In this document: piece after piece, positions 9,665-20,669 of the stretch
Layout of the letters: each line of letters begins with the position of its first letter
How positions within the stretch are numbered: the stretch's first letter is position 1
Assembly (NCBI GenBank): GCA_038322745.1
Contig: JBBQGF010000001.1
Location: forward strand, 19,258 to 83,257
Direction: 5' to 3'
From: Minisyncoccia bacterium
Lineage (GTDB): Bacteria; Patescibacteriota; Minisyncoccia; Phycocordibacterales; UBA9973
DNA length: 64,000 nt
The notes under the pieces: generated by a model
Seen by the model: the letters and a program-made list of their open reading frames with translations, nothing else
Databases searched by the model: none
Told to the model about the DNA's origin: nothing
Position numbers and translations under genes: made by a program

Positions 9665-10072
9665 ATGGCAAAGATTTCTGTAAACAATTTAGCTCGCGCG
9701 ATATATGAATCCTTAAAAGAAAAAGAAGGTTCATCTTTTGATTTTATTTCATCAAATGCAATAAAAATAATGCAAGATAAACATATGTTAGTAAAGAAAG
9801 ACCAAATATTAGATGCACTTCAAAAGATAGTAGATACAGATAATGGTACAATCAGAGCTCGAATAAGTACAAGGGGCAAGATAAATGATAAAGAATTAAA
9901 TGAAATCGAAGAATTTTTAATGAAGAGATATAATGCGAAAGAAGTTATTTTAGAAAAAAAAGAAAATCCAAAACTTTTAGGCGGAATAAAAATTGAAATT
10001 AAGGATGAAATAATAGATTTTACTTTAGCAAATAAATTACATCAATTACAAAATTATTTAATAACAAATTAA
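9665..10072 (+). CDS. atpH: F0F1 ATP synthase subunit delta (short form)
   Basis: C-terminal [25 protein letters not shown] matches the delta/OSCP C-terminus. 135 aa, N-terminally shortened. Confidence 0.75.
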   Translation: MAKISVNNLARAIYESLKEKEGSSFDFISSNAIKIMQDKHMLVKKDQILDALQKIVDTDNGTIRARISTRGKINDKELNEIEEFLMKRYNAKEVILEKKENPKLLGGIKIEIKDEIIDFTLANKLHQLQNYLITN

Positions 10073-10076
10073 TTAT

Positions 10077-11579
10077 ATGACAAAGAATCACATTGTAGAA
10101 AATTTAAGAAAACAGATAGAAAAATTCCAAGCTGATACAAAAGCTGAGAAAGTTGGTCATGTTATTGAAGTATTTGATGGAATTTCAAAAGTTTCAGGCC
10201 TTTCTGATTTGAAGGCATCAGAAATGGTTACTTTTGCGAGTGGAGCAACGGGTGTTGCACTTAACCTAGAAGAAGACTCCGTCGGTATTATTGTCCTAGG
10301 AGATTTTTCAAAAATAAAAGAAGGGGAAGAAGTTAAAGCTACAGGAAACATCCTTTCAATTCCAGTATCTGATTTACAAATCGGCCGTGTATTAAATGCA
10401 CTTGGTGAGCCTATCGATGGTAAAGGTAATATTAAAACAGATAAAAGAAGTCCAATTGAAAAAGTTGCATCTGGAGTTATGAGTCGTCAATCAGTTGACC
10501 AACCAGTTCAAACTGGTATCAAAGCTATTGATGCTATTATCCCAGTTGGCCGTGGACAGCGTGAACTTATAATAGGAGACCGTCAAACTGGTAAAACTGC
10601 TATTGCAATAGACACAATTTTAAACCAAAAAGGTCAAAATATGATTTGTGTTTATGTTTCTATTGGTCAAAAAGATTCAAAGTTGCGTAAACTTCAAACT
10701 CGTCTAGAGGAAGGTGGTGCAATGGAATACACAATTATGGTCTCAGCTGGAGCATCAGAGCCTGCATCACTCGCATACATAGCTCCATATACTGGTGTAT
10801 CTATTGCTGAATATTTCATGGATCAAGGAAAAGATGTTTTGATTATTTATGATGATCTTTCAAAACACGCTGTAGCATACCGTGAGATTTCTCTTCTACT
10901 TCGTCGCCCACCAGGCCGTGAAGCTTATCCTGGAGATGTTTTCTATTTGCACTCACGTTTACTTGAAAGAGCATGTCGTCGCAACAAAGAGTACGGGGGT
11001 GGCTCAATCACAGCTTTGCCAATTATCGAGACTCAAGCAGGTGACGTATCAGCGTACATTCCAACAAATGTTATTTCTATTACTGACGGTCAAATATTTC
11101 TTGAGACAGATTTGTTCTACAAAGGTATCCGTCCAGCAGTAAACGTAGGACTTTCAGTTTCTCGTGTTGGATCATCTGCTCAGATTAAAGCCATGAAGAA
11201 AGTGGCTGGAACTTTGAAGCTTGACCTCGCATCATTCCGAGAGCTTGAAGCATTCTCACAATTTGGTTCAGATCTAGACGAAGGTACAAAGAAGCAATTA
11301 GAACGTGGTAAGAGAGCAGTTGAAATACTAAAACAACCTCAATATGCACCAGTTGCAACAGAAAAACAGGTTGTTATACTTTATGCCTTAGTAAAAGGAT
11401 ATGTAGATAGTATTCCACTTGATAAGATTAAGGAATTTGAAAGCGGCTTACAGGAATACGCAGAAAGAAATGCAAAAGTATTTATGAAAGAAGTTACTGA
11501 GAAAAAAATATGGTCAGATGAAGGTGAAGCAGAAATTAAAAAAGTAATAGAAGAATTCGTAGCAAGTTTTAATAAATAA
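10077..11579 (+). CDS. atpA: F0F1 ATP synthase subunit alpha
   Basis: Walker A GDRQTGKT and long conserved alpha blocks. Confidence 0.97.
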   Translation: MTKNHIVENLRKQIEKFQADTKAEKVGHVIEVFDGISKVSGLSDLKASEMVTFASGATGVALNLEEDSVGIIVLGDFSKIKEGEEVKATGNILSIPVSDLQIGRVLNALGEPIDGKGNIKTDKRSPIEKVASGVMSRQSVDQPVQTGIKAIDAIIPVGRGQRELIIGDRQTGKTAIAIDTILNQKGQNMICVYVSIGQKDSKLRKLQTRLEEGGAMEYTIMVSAGASEPASLAYIAPYTGVSIAEYFMDQGKDVLIIYDDLSKHAVAYREISLLLRRPPGREAYPGDVFYLHSRLLERACRRNKEYGGGSITALPIIETQAGDVSAYIPTNVISITDGQIFLETDLFYKGIRPAVNVGLSVSRVGSSAQIKAMKKVAGTLKLDLASFRELEAFSQFGSDLDEGTKKQLERGKRAVEILKQPQYAPVATEKQVVILYALVKGYVDSIPLDKIKEFESGLQEYAERNAKVFMKEVTEKKIWSDEGEAEIKKVIEEFVASFNK

Positions 11580-11678
11580 AAGCTGCATCAAAATATTTTT
11601 TTCTTTGGGTACTCGGATGAGGAAGGACGAGGGGCCAGACCAGCTCAGAAAATAACATTTTGATTAAGCTTAAATTAT

Positions 11679-12584
11679 ATGGCAGGCACAAAAGAAATCA
11701 AACAAAGAATAAAAAGTGTGAAGAACACAAAGAAAATCACGAAAGCCATGGAGCTCGTGGCGGCTTCAAAGATGAAGCGTGCGGTTTCTCACGCAGTGTC
11801 ATCACGTTTGTATGCTCACTACTCTTGGGATTTATTAGTTTCTTTATCCTCTAAATTAGAAGAAATTACTCATCCATTTTTTGTTGAAAATAATGAAAAG
11901 AAAAATCTTATTATTTTAATTACTTCAAATAGTGGACTTTGTGGAGCTTATAACTCTCAAGTAATAAAGAAAACTATTTCTATGTTGAGAGATATGTCAG
12001 TAATTGATTTTGATATTATTACTGTTGGTAAAAAAGGAGATGGAGCAATGCGTCGTATTGGACAAAATATTATAGCTTCTTTTATTGAAATACCTGATAA
12101 TTCTACACTTTCTGATATAATGCCACTTTCAAAAATGATTGTAGATGAATATAAAAATAATAATTATAAAAATATTTATGTTTCTTATACAGAATTTGTT
12201 TCAGCTCTAACACAAAAAGCTGAGATAAGAAAACTTCTTCCAATCTCAAAAATAGAACTAAAAGATTTTATAAAAACTATTGGTGATATAGAGACAGCCG
12301 AAGAAGTAGATATGACGACAAATGATGTACCATATATATTTGAAGGAGATACAAATACACTAATAGAATCACTTGCTGAAAAGCTCACACGAATGCAAAT
12401 ATATCAGATGATACTCGAATCAAGTGCAAGTGAACAATCATCTCGTATGATAGCCATGAAGAATGCATCAGAAGCCGCAGGAGAGATGATAGGAGACCTG
12501 ACATTAGTATTTAACAAAGCTCGTCAAGCAGGTATCACTAGAGAAATATCGGAAATAAGTGCAGGAATGGCAAGTGTCGAATAA
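11679..12584 (+). CDS. atpG: F0F1 ATP synthase subunit gamma
   Basis: MAGTKEIKQRIKSVKNTKKITKAMELVAASKMKRA N-terminus is diagnostic. Confidence 0.95.
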   Translation: MAGTKEIKQRIKSVKNTKKITKAMELVAASKMKRAVSHAVSSRLYAHYSWDLLVSLSSKLEEITHPFFVENNEKKNLIILITSNSGLCGAYNSQVIKKTISMLRDMSVIDFDIITVGKKGDGAMRRIGQNIIASFIEIPDNSTLSDIMPLSKMIVDEYKNNNYKNIYVSYTEFVSALTQKAEIRKLLPISKIELKDFIKTIGDIETAEEVDMTTNDVPYIFEGDTNTLIESLAEKLTRMQIYQMILESSASEQSSRMIAMKNASEAAGEMIGDLTLVFNKARQAGITREISEISAGMASVE

Positions 12585-12618
12585 ATATATTATAAAAAAT
12601 TATTATTAGTATTATTAA

Positions 12619-13980
<1,362 letters not shown>

Positions 13981-14005
13981 TATAATTAAGGATTAATAAT
14001 CAATA

Positions 14006-14452
14006 ATGTCTAAACAATTAAATTTAAAAATAGTTACACCAGAAAAGTTAATTCTTGAAGAATTAGTTGATTCAGTTACTATTCCAACTACAGAAGGTGA
14101 AATAACTATTTTACCTGAGCATGTTGCTTTGATAGCCGGACTATCTTCTGGTGATATAGTAGCTCGTTCGGGGGATGATATTATCCCAATGGCTGTTGTA
14201 GGTGGATTTATTGAAGTTAAAATAAATAAAGATAGTCGAACTGAAGTTGCAATTCTTGCTGACTTCGTAGAACGAGTAGGAGACATTACAGATAAATTAA
14301 TAGAAAAAGCAAAAAATAAGGCCGAGGAATTAAGAAAACTATCTCTAAATAATGAAGTTGTTGACTTTGAACATTTCGAAAGTGAGCTCGCTCGTTCACT
14401 GACTCGCATTAAGATAGCTGATAAATGGAAAAATAAAAAATATCGAAAATAA
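14006..14452 (+). CDS. atpC: F0F1 ATP synthase subunit epsilon
   Basis: N-terminal beta-sandwich pattern LKIVTPEK...TEGEITILPEHV and C-terminal helices. Confidence 0.9.
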   Translation: MSKQLNLKIVTPEKLILEELVDSVTIPTTEGEITILPEHVALIAGLSSGDIVARSGDDIIPMAVVGGFIEVKINKDSRTEVAILADFVERVGDITDKLIEKAKNKAEELRKLSLNNEVVDFEHFESELARSLTRIKIADKWKNKKYRK

Positions 14453-14464
14453 CTTAGTTAAAAA

Positions 14465-14496
14465 TCCCTTTGCAATTTGTGCAAAGGGATTTTTTT
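14465..14496 (+). terminator. rho-independent terminator of atp operon
   Basis: tccctttgca/tgcaaaggga 10-bp stem, 5-nt loop, T7 run. Confidence 0.8.
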
Positions 14497-14989
14497 AATT
14501 TTCTTCATATGGATATCTTATTAATTTAGATTCTTCAAAATCATTCTGAAGACCTATAGTATATACAGCTGTATCAAAAATTTGATTATATGTTATAGTA
14601 ATTGGAATTTTTTCTTTCCAATCTATATAACCGAACAATACCCAATTATTATTTATAATTAATTTAATAAGGTGATTGTAAATTCTTTTCAAATCAGCTG
14701 TAAATTCTGAATTATTAATAATAGATATATTATTAATATCAGCTGGAAACAAAACAGAGTTTATGACTACTTTATATTCAAACTCTATTTGATCTAAATT
14801 TATAAAAATACAATTCATTTCAATTTTTTCTAATTTACCTTCAGCTAAGAGAGTCCATTCTTCTAAAGATGAATCAAATTGAAAAGGTGCAGTAATCGGG
14901 ACATTTATTTTCATAATACAGGGTATTAGTAGTATGTTTATGTTTGTGAAATTTATACTAAAAATAGCACATAAAATATGTTGGGTCAA
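14495..14989 (-). CDS. hypothetical protein
   Basis: ORF only, no recognisable domain. Alternative start at 14914 (MKINVPITAPFQ...). Confidence 0.4.
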   Translation of the reverse strand: MTQHILCAIFSINFTNINILLIPCIMKINVPITAPFQFDSSLEEWTLLAEGKLEKIEMNCIFINLDQIEFEYKVVINSVLFPADINNISIINNSEFTADLKRIYNHLIKLIINNNWVLFGYIDWKEKIPITITYNQIFDTAVYTIGLQNDFEESKLIRYPYEEN

Positions 14990-15056
14990 AATTATTATTT
15001 ATTTGACTATTATCATTAATTATGTTATAAACAAATAAACCAAAAACCTTTATAAA

Positions 15057-15365
15057 ATGGATAAATTTTTAAATACACCATTAACTAATCTAATTCTTGA
15101 AAGTGATAAAGTTTCTTTAGAAATTTTCCTAAAGAATTACTTGCCTAAAAAAGAGTTAGATAAAGTAACACCAGAGGATATTTTAATGTATGCAAGACTT
15201 TGTCCTAGATTAGATAAAGAAACGGAAAAAAATGAAAATCATATTTATATGATTAAAATAATCTGGCTTCTCATAGAATCTATGGAAAAAGGAATGCACC
15301 ACGGAATAATACTTTTAACTCTTTTACCAAAAGAAGTATTGTTTGATCTTTTAGAAAAAAAATAA
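15057..15365 (+). CDS. hypothetical protein
   Basis: ORF only. Confidence 0.4.
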   Translation: MDKFLNTPLTNLILESDKVSLEIFLKNYLPKKELDKVTPEDILMYARLCPRLDKETEKNENHIYMIKIIWLLIESMEKGMHHGIILLTLLPKEVLFDLLEKK

Positions 15366-15590
15366 GTGATGAAAATTCTTAGTAAAACAACGCTTAATAA
15401 AATTTATTGGTTTTTCGGAATCAATATATCGATTATCTTATTATTTGTTCTCGTTTGGGTTCAAATAAACCATATGGGTAATATTGTTACTTTCCAAAAA
15501 TATATAAATGATTTATGGGAAATAGTAAAAATAACAATAATTATTTTCATATTGGCCATCATCTTTAAAAAAGTATTTATGCGTAAATAA
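15366..15590 (+). CDS. hypothetical small membrane protein
   Basis: Two TM helices, immediately follows the previous ORF. Confidence 0.4.
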   Translation: MMKILSKTTLNKIYWFFGINISIILLFVLVWVQINHMGNIVTFQKYINDLWEIVKITIIIFILAIIFKKVFMRK

Positions 15591-15677
15591 TTTTTTTAAT
15601 AACGACAAAATGCCACTTCTATAAAAAGTTGTGGTATTTTTTTTATATATGATACACTATTTATATAAATTAATAGT

Positions 15678-15839
15678 GTATATCAAGAGCAATGGAGAGG
15701 GATTTGGCCCGTTGACCCATTCAGCAACCTGCAATATGTAAGGTGCTACCTCCAACCAGATATTATAAATAATATCGGGAAAGATAAGTTACATCTCGTC
15801 CATGTAGAAAATCTTTCCTCATTAATAGAGGAATTTTTT
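15678..15839 (+). promoter_or_regulatory. SAM-I (S-box) riboswitch with intrinsic terminator, leader of metK
   Basis: atcaagagcaatggagagggatttggcccgttgacccattcagcaacctgcaatatgtaaggtgctacctccaaccagatat matches the S-box core (UCAAGAG, GGAGRGGGA, GGCCCGUUGA, AGCAACC, AAGGUGCUA) with P1 atatc/gatat. A ttcctc-attaata-gaggaa hairpin plus T-run lies at 15815..15839, just upstream of the metK ATG at 15850. Confidence 0.8.
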
Positions 15840-15849
15840 ATTATTATAA

Positions 15850-16827
15850 ATGTTAAATAAAATAAGAACTGCTGAATTTGTAAGTAAAAATCATCCAGAT
15901 AAAATTTGTGATCATATAGCAGATAGTATCCTCGATGCATACCTTGAGAATGATATTGAAAGTAGAGTAGCAATAGAAGTTATGGGTGGACATAATCTAA
16001 TAACTATAAATGGTGAAGTTACAAGTTTAGCAACTCCAAATATTGAAAAGATTATTAAAAATATAGTTGGAAGTGATTATAAAATAATTTCAAACATAGT
16101 AGTACAGAGTCCAGAAATCGCTCGTGGAGTAAATGACGGTGGTGCTGGTGATCAGGGGATTATGAAAGGCTACGCTACATCAGAGACAGTGAGTCTAATG
16201 CCACTTGAATATGAACTTGCTCGAAATTTATGTATAAAAATATTTGAAGTATATCCATACGATGGTAAAACTCAAATAACAATAGATGGTGATAATATTT
16301 TAACTGTTGTTGCAAGTTTTCAAAATACAAATAGTTTAGAATTGTTTAAATTAGTAAAAAATATTATTGAAGATGATGCAAGTCATAAATTAGGATTAAG
16401 TAAAATTGATTATTATATAAATCCATCTGGAGAATGGAAACAAGGTGGATTTAATGCTGATACTGGTCTTTCTGGACGTAAATTAATAGTAGATAATTAT
16501 GGACCAGAGATAACTATAGGGGGAGGCTCATTTTCAGGTAAAGATTATACCAAAGTTGACCGTTCAGGGGCCTATATGGCCCGTAAAATCGCCGTAGATC
16601 TACTTAAAAAGCATAAAGCGAGTGAAGTTCATACAAAGCTCGCTTATGCTATAGGCAAGCCCGAGCCAGTCATGGCAGTAGCCATAATTGATGATAAAGA
16701 AATCATAATCGAAGGCTATGATCTAACCCCACAAGGTATTCGTAATTTCCTAAAACTCAACTCTCTTAAACTCTCCTCCACCTCTGATTGGGGTCATTTT
16801 GGTAGGGGATTTGAGTGGGATATGTAA
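15850..16827 (+). CDS. metK: S-adenosylmethionine synthetase (short, 325 aa)
   Basis: FVSKNHPDKICDHIADSILDA and GGGSFSGKDYTKVDRSGAYMARKIA blocks match MetK. Confidence 0.85.
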   Translation: MLNKIRTAEFVSKNHPDKICDHIADSILDAYLENDIESRVAIEVMGGHNLITINGEVTSLATPNIEKIIKNIVGSDYKIISNIVVQSPEIARGVNDGGAGDQGIMKGYATSETVSLMPLEYELARNLCIKIFEVYPYDGKTQITIDGDNILTVVASFQNTNSLELFKLVKNIIEDDASHKLGLSKIDYYINPSGEWKQGGFNADTGLSGRKLIVDNYGPEITIGGGSFSGKDYTKVDRSGAYMARKIAVDLLKKHKASEVHTKLAYAIGKPEPVMAVAIIDDKEIIIEGYDLTPQGIRNFLKLNSLKLSSTSDWGHFGRGFEWDM

Positions 16828-16899
16828 GTCAATTAATAATTTATAATTATTAATTAAGATATTATTGTAAAAAGCTCAATTTTATGGGATAATTTTTAT

Positions 16900-17247
16900 A
16901 TGTCAGATATAAATGAAGTAACTAAAAAATTATTAAAATTTCGTAAAGAAAGAGATTGGAAGCAATTTCATAACCCAAAAGATATGGCTATATCACTTTC
17001 GCTTGAAGCGTCTGAAGTATTGGAACACTTTCAATGGAAATCTAAAGAGGAAATAGATTCATATATAAAAACACACAAAGAACATATCGGGGAAGAATTA
17101 GCTGATGTTTTTTCTTGGGTTATATTTATGAGTAATGATCTTAAAATTAATATCATTGATGCATTAGATAAAAAGATTGATAAAAATATAGTAAAATACC
17201 CAATTGAAAAAGCTAAAGGACGACATATAAAATATAATCAATTATAA
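16900..17247 (+). CDS. MazG-like nucleotide pyrophosphohydrolase
   Basis: 115 aa all-alpha with EExxE / EELADV metal-binding motifs. Confidence 0.7.
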   Translation: MSDINEVTKKLLKFRKERDWKQFHNPKDMAISLSLEASEVLEHFQWKSKEEIDSYIKTHKEHIGEELADVFSWVIFMSNDLKINIIDALDKKIDKNIVKYPIEKAKGRHIKYNQL

Positions 17248-17266
17248 ATAGTAATTTAATACTAAT

Positions 17267-17506
17267 ATGAAAACAAATACAAAAAAACTATACAAGAGTA
17301 AAGACAATAAGGTTATTTGGGGAGTAATTGGAGGGATAGGAGAATATTTTGAGGTAGATCCTGTTATATTAAGAGTTGGATATATTTTAATATCAGTATT
17401 TACTGCTATATTTCCTGGATTAATTGCTTACATTTTAATAGCTCTTGTTATACCAAATAAAAAAGAAGGAGCTTATGTTGAAGCTGAAACTACAAATGAT
17501 AAATAA
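17267..17506 (+). CDS. PspC-domain protein
   Basis: KLYKSKDNKVIWGVIGGIGEYFEVDPVILRVGYIL...TM is the PspC N-terminal domain pattern. Confidence 0.75.
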   Translation: MKTNTKKLYKSKDNKVIWGVIGGIGEYFEVDPVILRVGYILISVFTAIFPGLIAYILIALVIPNKKEGAYVEAETTNDK

Positions 17507-17526
17507 AATATTATAGTATAATTAGA

Positions 17527-17838
17527 ATGAATTCATTGGAATTTTTGAGACAATTTAGGTTTGCTGGATATGCAATATTTGATATTGCTGTTTCTTTTGG
17601 TGGAATTTATTTACTATCTAGTTTTTTAACAAAAATTTTTGTTAAATTTAAAATTTTCGTACCTAAAAATAATTGGGTGTTTTTAACATTACCTATCGGT
17701 ATTTTAGTTCACATATTATTTAATACTATGACTCCAATGACTGTAAATTTTCTAGATTTGTATAGTAATTACATTTTAAAAATAATTATTATTGGTTTTC
17801 TGGTTCTTGGTTTAAGAAATACTAAAATTATAAAATAA
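17527..17838 (+). CDS. hypothetical membrane protein
   Basis: 3 TM helices, no motif. Confidence 0.4.
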   Translation: MNSLEFLRQFRFAGYAIFDIAVSFGGIYLLSSFLTKIFVKFKIFVPKNNWVFLTLPIGILVHILFNTMTPMTVNFLDLYSNYILKIIIIGFLVLGLRNTKIIK

Positions 17839-17844
17839 TTATAT

Positions 17845-18408
17845 TTATTTTATTCTATTTATATTTTCAGAAATTTCCGACAATAAAGGATTTTCTGGCC
17901 AAATATCATTTAGGGCTTTGTATAATTTTTTATAGTTATTCATAGTTGCTTCTTTACCTCTTGCAAACCTATTAAAAACAGTATCGCCAACCAAACCATA
18001 ATCATCTGCAGTTTCTGAAATATTACTTAGTATATCTGCTGATTTAATTAGCAAAGTATCTTTATCCATGTCTTTAATATGGATTAGGTTTTCTTCTCTT
18101 GTAGCTTCCCATGATAATGATTTATTATCTGAAACACTAAGAACAAGTTCCGTGACCTTTCTACCAAATTTCTCTTCTATAATTTCTTTTGTTATCTTAC
18201 TTGTTTCTATACTATCTTCTATTGTGTCATGTAATATACCTGCTATTATTACATCTTCATTTGCTCCATTTAAAGAAAGTATCAATCCTACTGTAAGAGG
18301 ATGTAATATATAGGGAATATCCTTGCCTTTTCTTTTCTGTTTTTGTTTAATTTCATGAGTATCTATAGCAAAAGAAATTGCTTTCTTTATTTTAGTTGTA
18401 TATGTCAT
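17845..18408 (-). CDS. HD-domain hydrolase, RelA/SpoT-type (p)ppGpp hydrolase-like (small alarmone hydrolase)
   Basis: HPLTVGLIL...EDVIIAGILHDTIEDS...ELV matches the SpoT/RelA N-terminal HD block. 187 aa with no synthetase domain. Confidence 0.7.
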   Translation of the reverse strand: MTYTTKIKKAISFAIDTHEIKQKQKRKGKDIPYILHPLTVGLILSLNGANEDVIIAGILHDTIEDSIETSKITKEIIEEKFGRKVTELVLSVSDNKSLSWEATREENLIHIKDMDKDTLLIKSADILSNISETADDYGLVGDTVFNRFARGKEATMNNYKKLYKALNDIWPENPLLSEISENINRIK

Positions 18409-18507
18409 ATATTGATATTAACATTATAATCAAAAAAAATCATTTTGTTGAATTTACTCTTGAGTAGATTTATTATATAGAGTATAATAAATATATTAAA
18501 AATAATT

Positions 18508-18627
18508 TTGGGTCAACGTCGTGCTAAAAGGACGGTTGCGCGATATGATTCCGCTGAATCAAAAATGGCAAAAGGAACAGGTGCTCGTAAAGAAGTAAAA
18601 AAACCTAAGAAAGTAGTAAAGAAATAA
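18508..18627 (+). CDS. putative 39-aa lysine/arginine-rich small protein (TTG start; internal ATG at 18565 would give 20 aa)
   Basis: In-frame TTG...TAA (GQRRAKRTVARYDSAESKMAKGTGARKEVKKPKKVVKK) within a locally GC-rich patch, followed by a strong hairpin at 18641..18670. It could instead be an sRNA. Confidence 0.3.
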   Translation: MGQRRAKRTVARYDSAESKMAKGTGARKEVKKPKKVVKK

Positions 18628-18640
18628 TATTCTTTTAATT

Positions 18641-18670
18641 ATAACCCCTTGATTTACATCAAGGGGTTAT
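18641..18670 (+). terminator. stem-loop (putative terminator, weak U-tract)
   Basis: ataacccctt / aaggggttat 10-bp perfect stem with a 10-nt loop. Confidence 0.45.
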
Positions 18671-18697
18671 AATATGATACAATAATAAAACAAATAT

Positions 18698-19123
18698 ATG
18701 AACAAGCTATTTATATTTAATTATATTAATTTTTTTTCTCGACCAAGGAAAAAAAGAGTTATAAAGAAAAAACCAAATACTAAATATCTAAAATATAAGG
18801 AGCAAACTCGTAAATTAATAGCAGAGAGACTCGTTTTTTGGAATCAATTTTATGGATTTACATATAATAAAGTATTTATTAAAAATCAGAAAACAAGATG
18901 GGGAAGTTGCTCTAAAAAAGGAAATCTCAATTTTAGTTATAGAATAATATTCCTACCACAAGAATTGGTGGATTATATCGTAGTACATGAATTATGTCAT
19001 TTAGGAGAGTTTAATCATTCAAGTAAATTTTGGGTTCTTGTTACAAAGACTATTCCAAACTATAAAAAATTAAAGAATGAGCTAAAGAATAAAGGTGCTT
19101 TATATACTAATATTAAAAATTAA
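18698..19123 (+). CDS. YgjP/DUF45-like M48-family metal-dependent hydrolase
   Basis: WGSCSKKGNLNFSYRIIFLP...VVHELCHLGEFNHSSKFW contains the HExxH motif. Confidence 0.7.
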   Translation: MNKLFIFNYINFFSRPRKKRVIKKKPNTKYLKYKEQTRKLIAERLVFWNQFYGFTYNKVFIKNQKTRWGSCSKKGNLNFSYRIIFLPQELVDYIVVHELCHLGEFNHSSKFWVLVTKTIPNYKKLKNELKNKGALYTNIKN

Positions 19124-19167
19124 TAATCTAATAGTTTTTTTAATTAAAAGTTATATAATATTACTAT

Positions 19168-20052
19168 ATGAATATCTCAATAATAGGAGCTTCGGGATTT
19201 GTAGGGAAAAACCTAATTTATTCACTTCTTTTAAATACAAATCATAATATAATTGCGATAGCTCTAGATACAGAAAAAATTAATATTGAGGAAAAATATA
19301 AAAATAGAGTTAAACTATTAAATACTGATGTATTTGATTCAACTAAACTAAAAATAAATTTGGCTGGTACTGATGTTGCATTTTATTTAATACATATGCT
19401 AGATAGTCATGGTGGTTTTTATAATAAAGAAAGTGAAGCAGCAAATATTATTGGAAAAGCATTGAAAGATAATAAAGTAAAGAAAATAATATATATGAGT
19501 GGACTAGGTAAAGATAGTGATAAGCTTTCAGAACATTTAGCTAGTAGGCATAATACAGGTAAAATTTTAAATGAATATTTACCTACAATTGAATTTAGGG
19601 CTTCTATGATTATAGGGGAAGGGAGTGCCTCCTATGAAATAGTAAAAGATATTATTAATAATGCGCCTTTCATTATTTTACCCCAAAAATCTATTACTAA
19701 CACTCAGCCTATAACAAAAAAAGATGCTATATCATATTTATGTTCTGCAATTAATTTAAATATACATAAAAGCATTATTATTGAAATAGGAGGACCTGTA
19801 GTTATGACCTATAAAGAATTTTTAGAAAAATATAATACCTGGAGTAATAGAAATATCCCAATAAAAATAATTCCATTTTTATCAGGCCAAATTGCAGGAT
19901 TTTTTCTTAATTTTTTTACTAATAAAAATAGAGCAAGGATAGGTCAAAACATGATATCAAGTTTTCAGAACGAAATGATTGTAACTAATAATATAGCATT
20001 AGAATTTTTCCCTGAAATTACAACAGAGAGAATAGAAAATGGCTTTATTTAA
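19168..20052 (+). CDS. NAD(P)-binding SDR/NmrA-like oxidoreductase (epimerase/dehydratase family)
   Basis: N-terminal Rossmann motif IIGASGFVGKNL. Confidence 0.7.
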   Translation: MNISIIGASGFVGKNLIYSLLLNTNHNIIAIALDTEKINIEEKYKNRVKLLNTDVFDSTKLKINLAGTDVAFYLIHMLDSHGGFYNKESEAANIIGKALKDNKVKKIIYMSGLGKDSDKLSEHLASRHNTGKILNEYLPTIEFRASMIIGEGSASYEIVKDIINNAPFIILPQKSITNTQPITKKDAISYLCSAINLNIHKSIIIEIGGPVVMTYKEFLEKYNTWSNRNIPIKIIPFLSGQIAGFFLNFFTNKNRARIGQNMISSFQNEMIVTNNIALEFFPEITTERIENGFI

Positions 20053-20148
20053 TATTCATAAACCCTTAATATTTAACATGTATTTAAATGGTATTTGACT
20101 TTATTTATATATATGTTAAGGTAATACAAAACCAAAAACTTTCTAACT

Positions 20149-20553
20149 ATGCACCTTCACGAGGAAAAAAAATTCAAAAATGAAAAAGGAGAGAGTCTAA
20201 CTCTTCTTGAATTGAACAAAAAAGTAATTAATTCATTAACTTTTCATCATCAACCTGCAGTAATAGCAGTGAAAAAAGTTAGTAAATTTCAAAAACTTTT
20301 GAAAAATCGTAAAAAGCCTGTTGTTTCCGGCGAAGAAAAAAAAGAAGTGGCATTTGAAATTAATAATCAAAATATTAAATTTCAATATGCCCCTGGAACA
20401 GAGCTTGTAACAATTAGATTTACTAACGTAGAAACATTCAACAATATTAAAAATGTAGATTCTATCGTACATAAATCTAAAACTCACGAAGCAGATTATC
20501 CATTCATTGTCGCTTTACACAATAAGCACCTCAGAAAAATAGATTGGGTTTAA
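20149..20553 (+). CDS. hypothetical protein
   Basis: ORF only. Confidence 0.4.
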   Translation: MHLHEEKKFKNEKGESLTLLELNKKVINSLTFHHQPAVIAVKKVSKFQKLLKNRKKPVVSGEEKKEVAFEINNQNIKFQYAPGTELVTIRFTNVETFNNIKNVDSIVHKSKTHEADYPFIVALHNKHLRKIDWV

Positions 20554-20669
20554 TTATTCAATCTAAAAATTTAAACCTGTAAGTTATTAATTTAATTTGC
20601 AGGTTTTTCATTTGTTCATAAAGTATCTACTATCTTTTTTACCATTTTTGTGTTATTATATTTGCTTAT

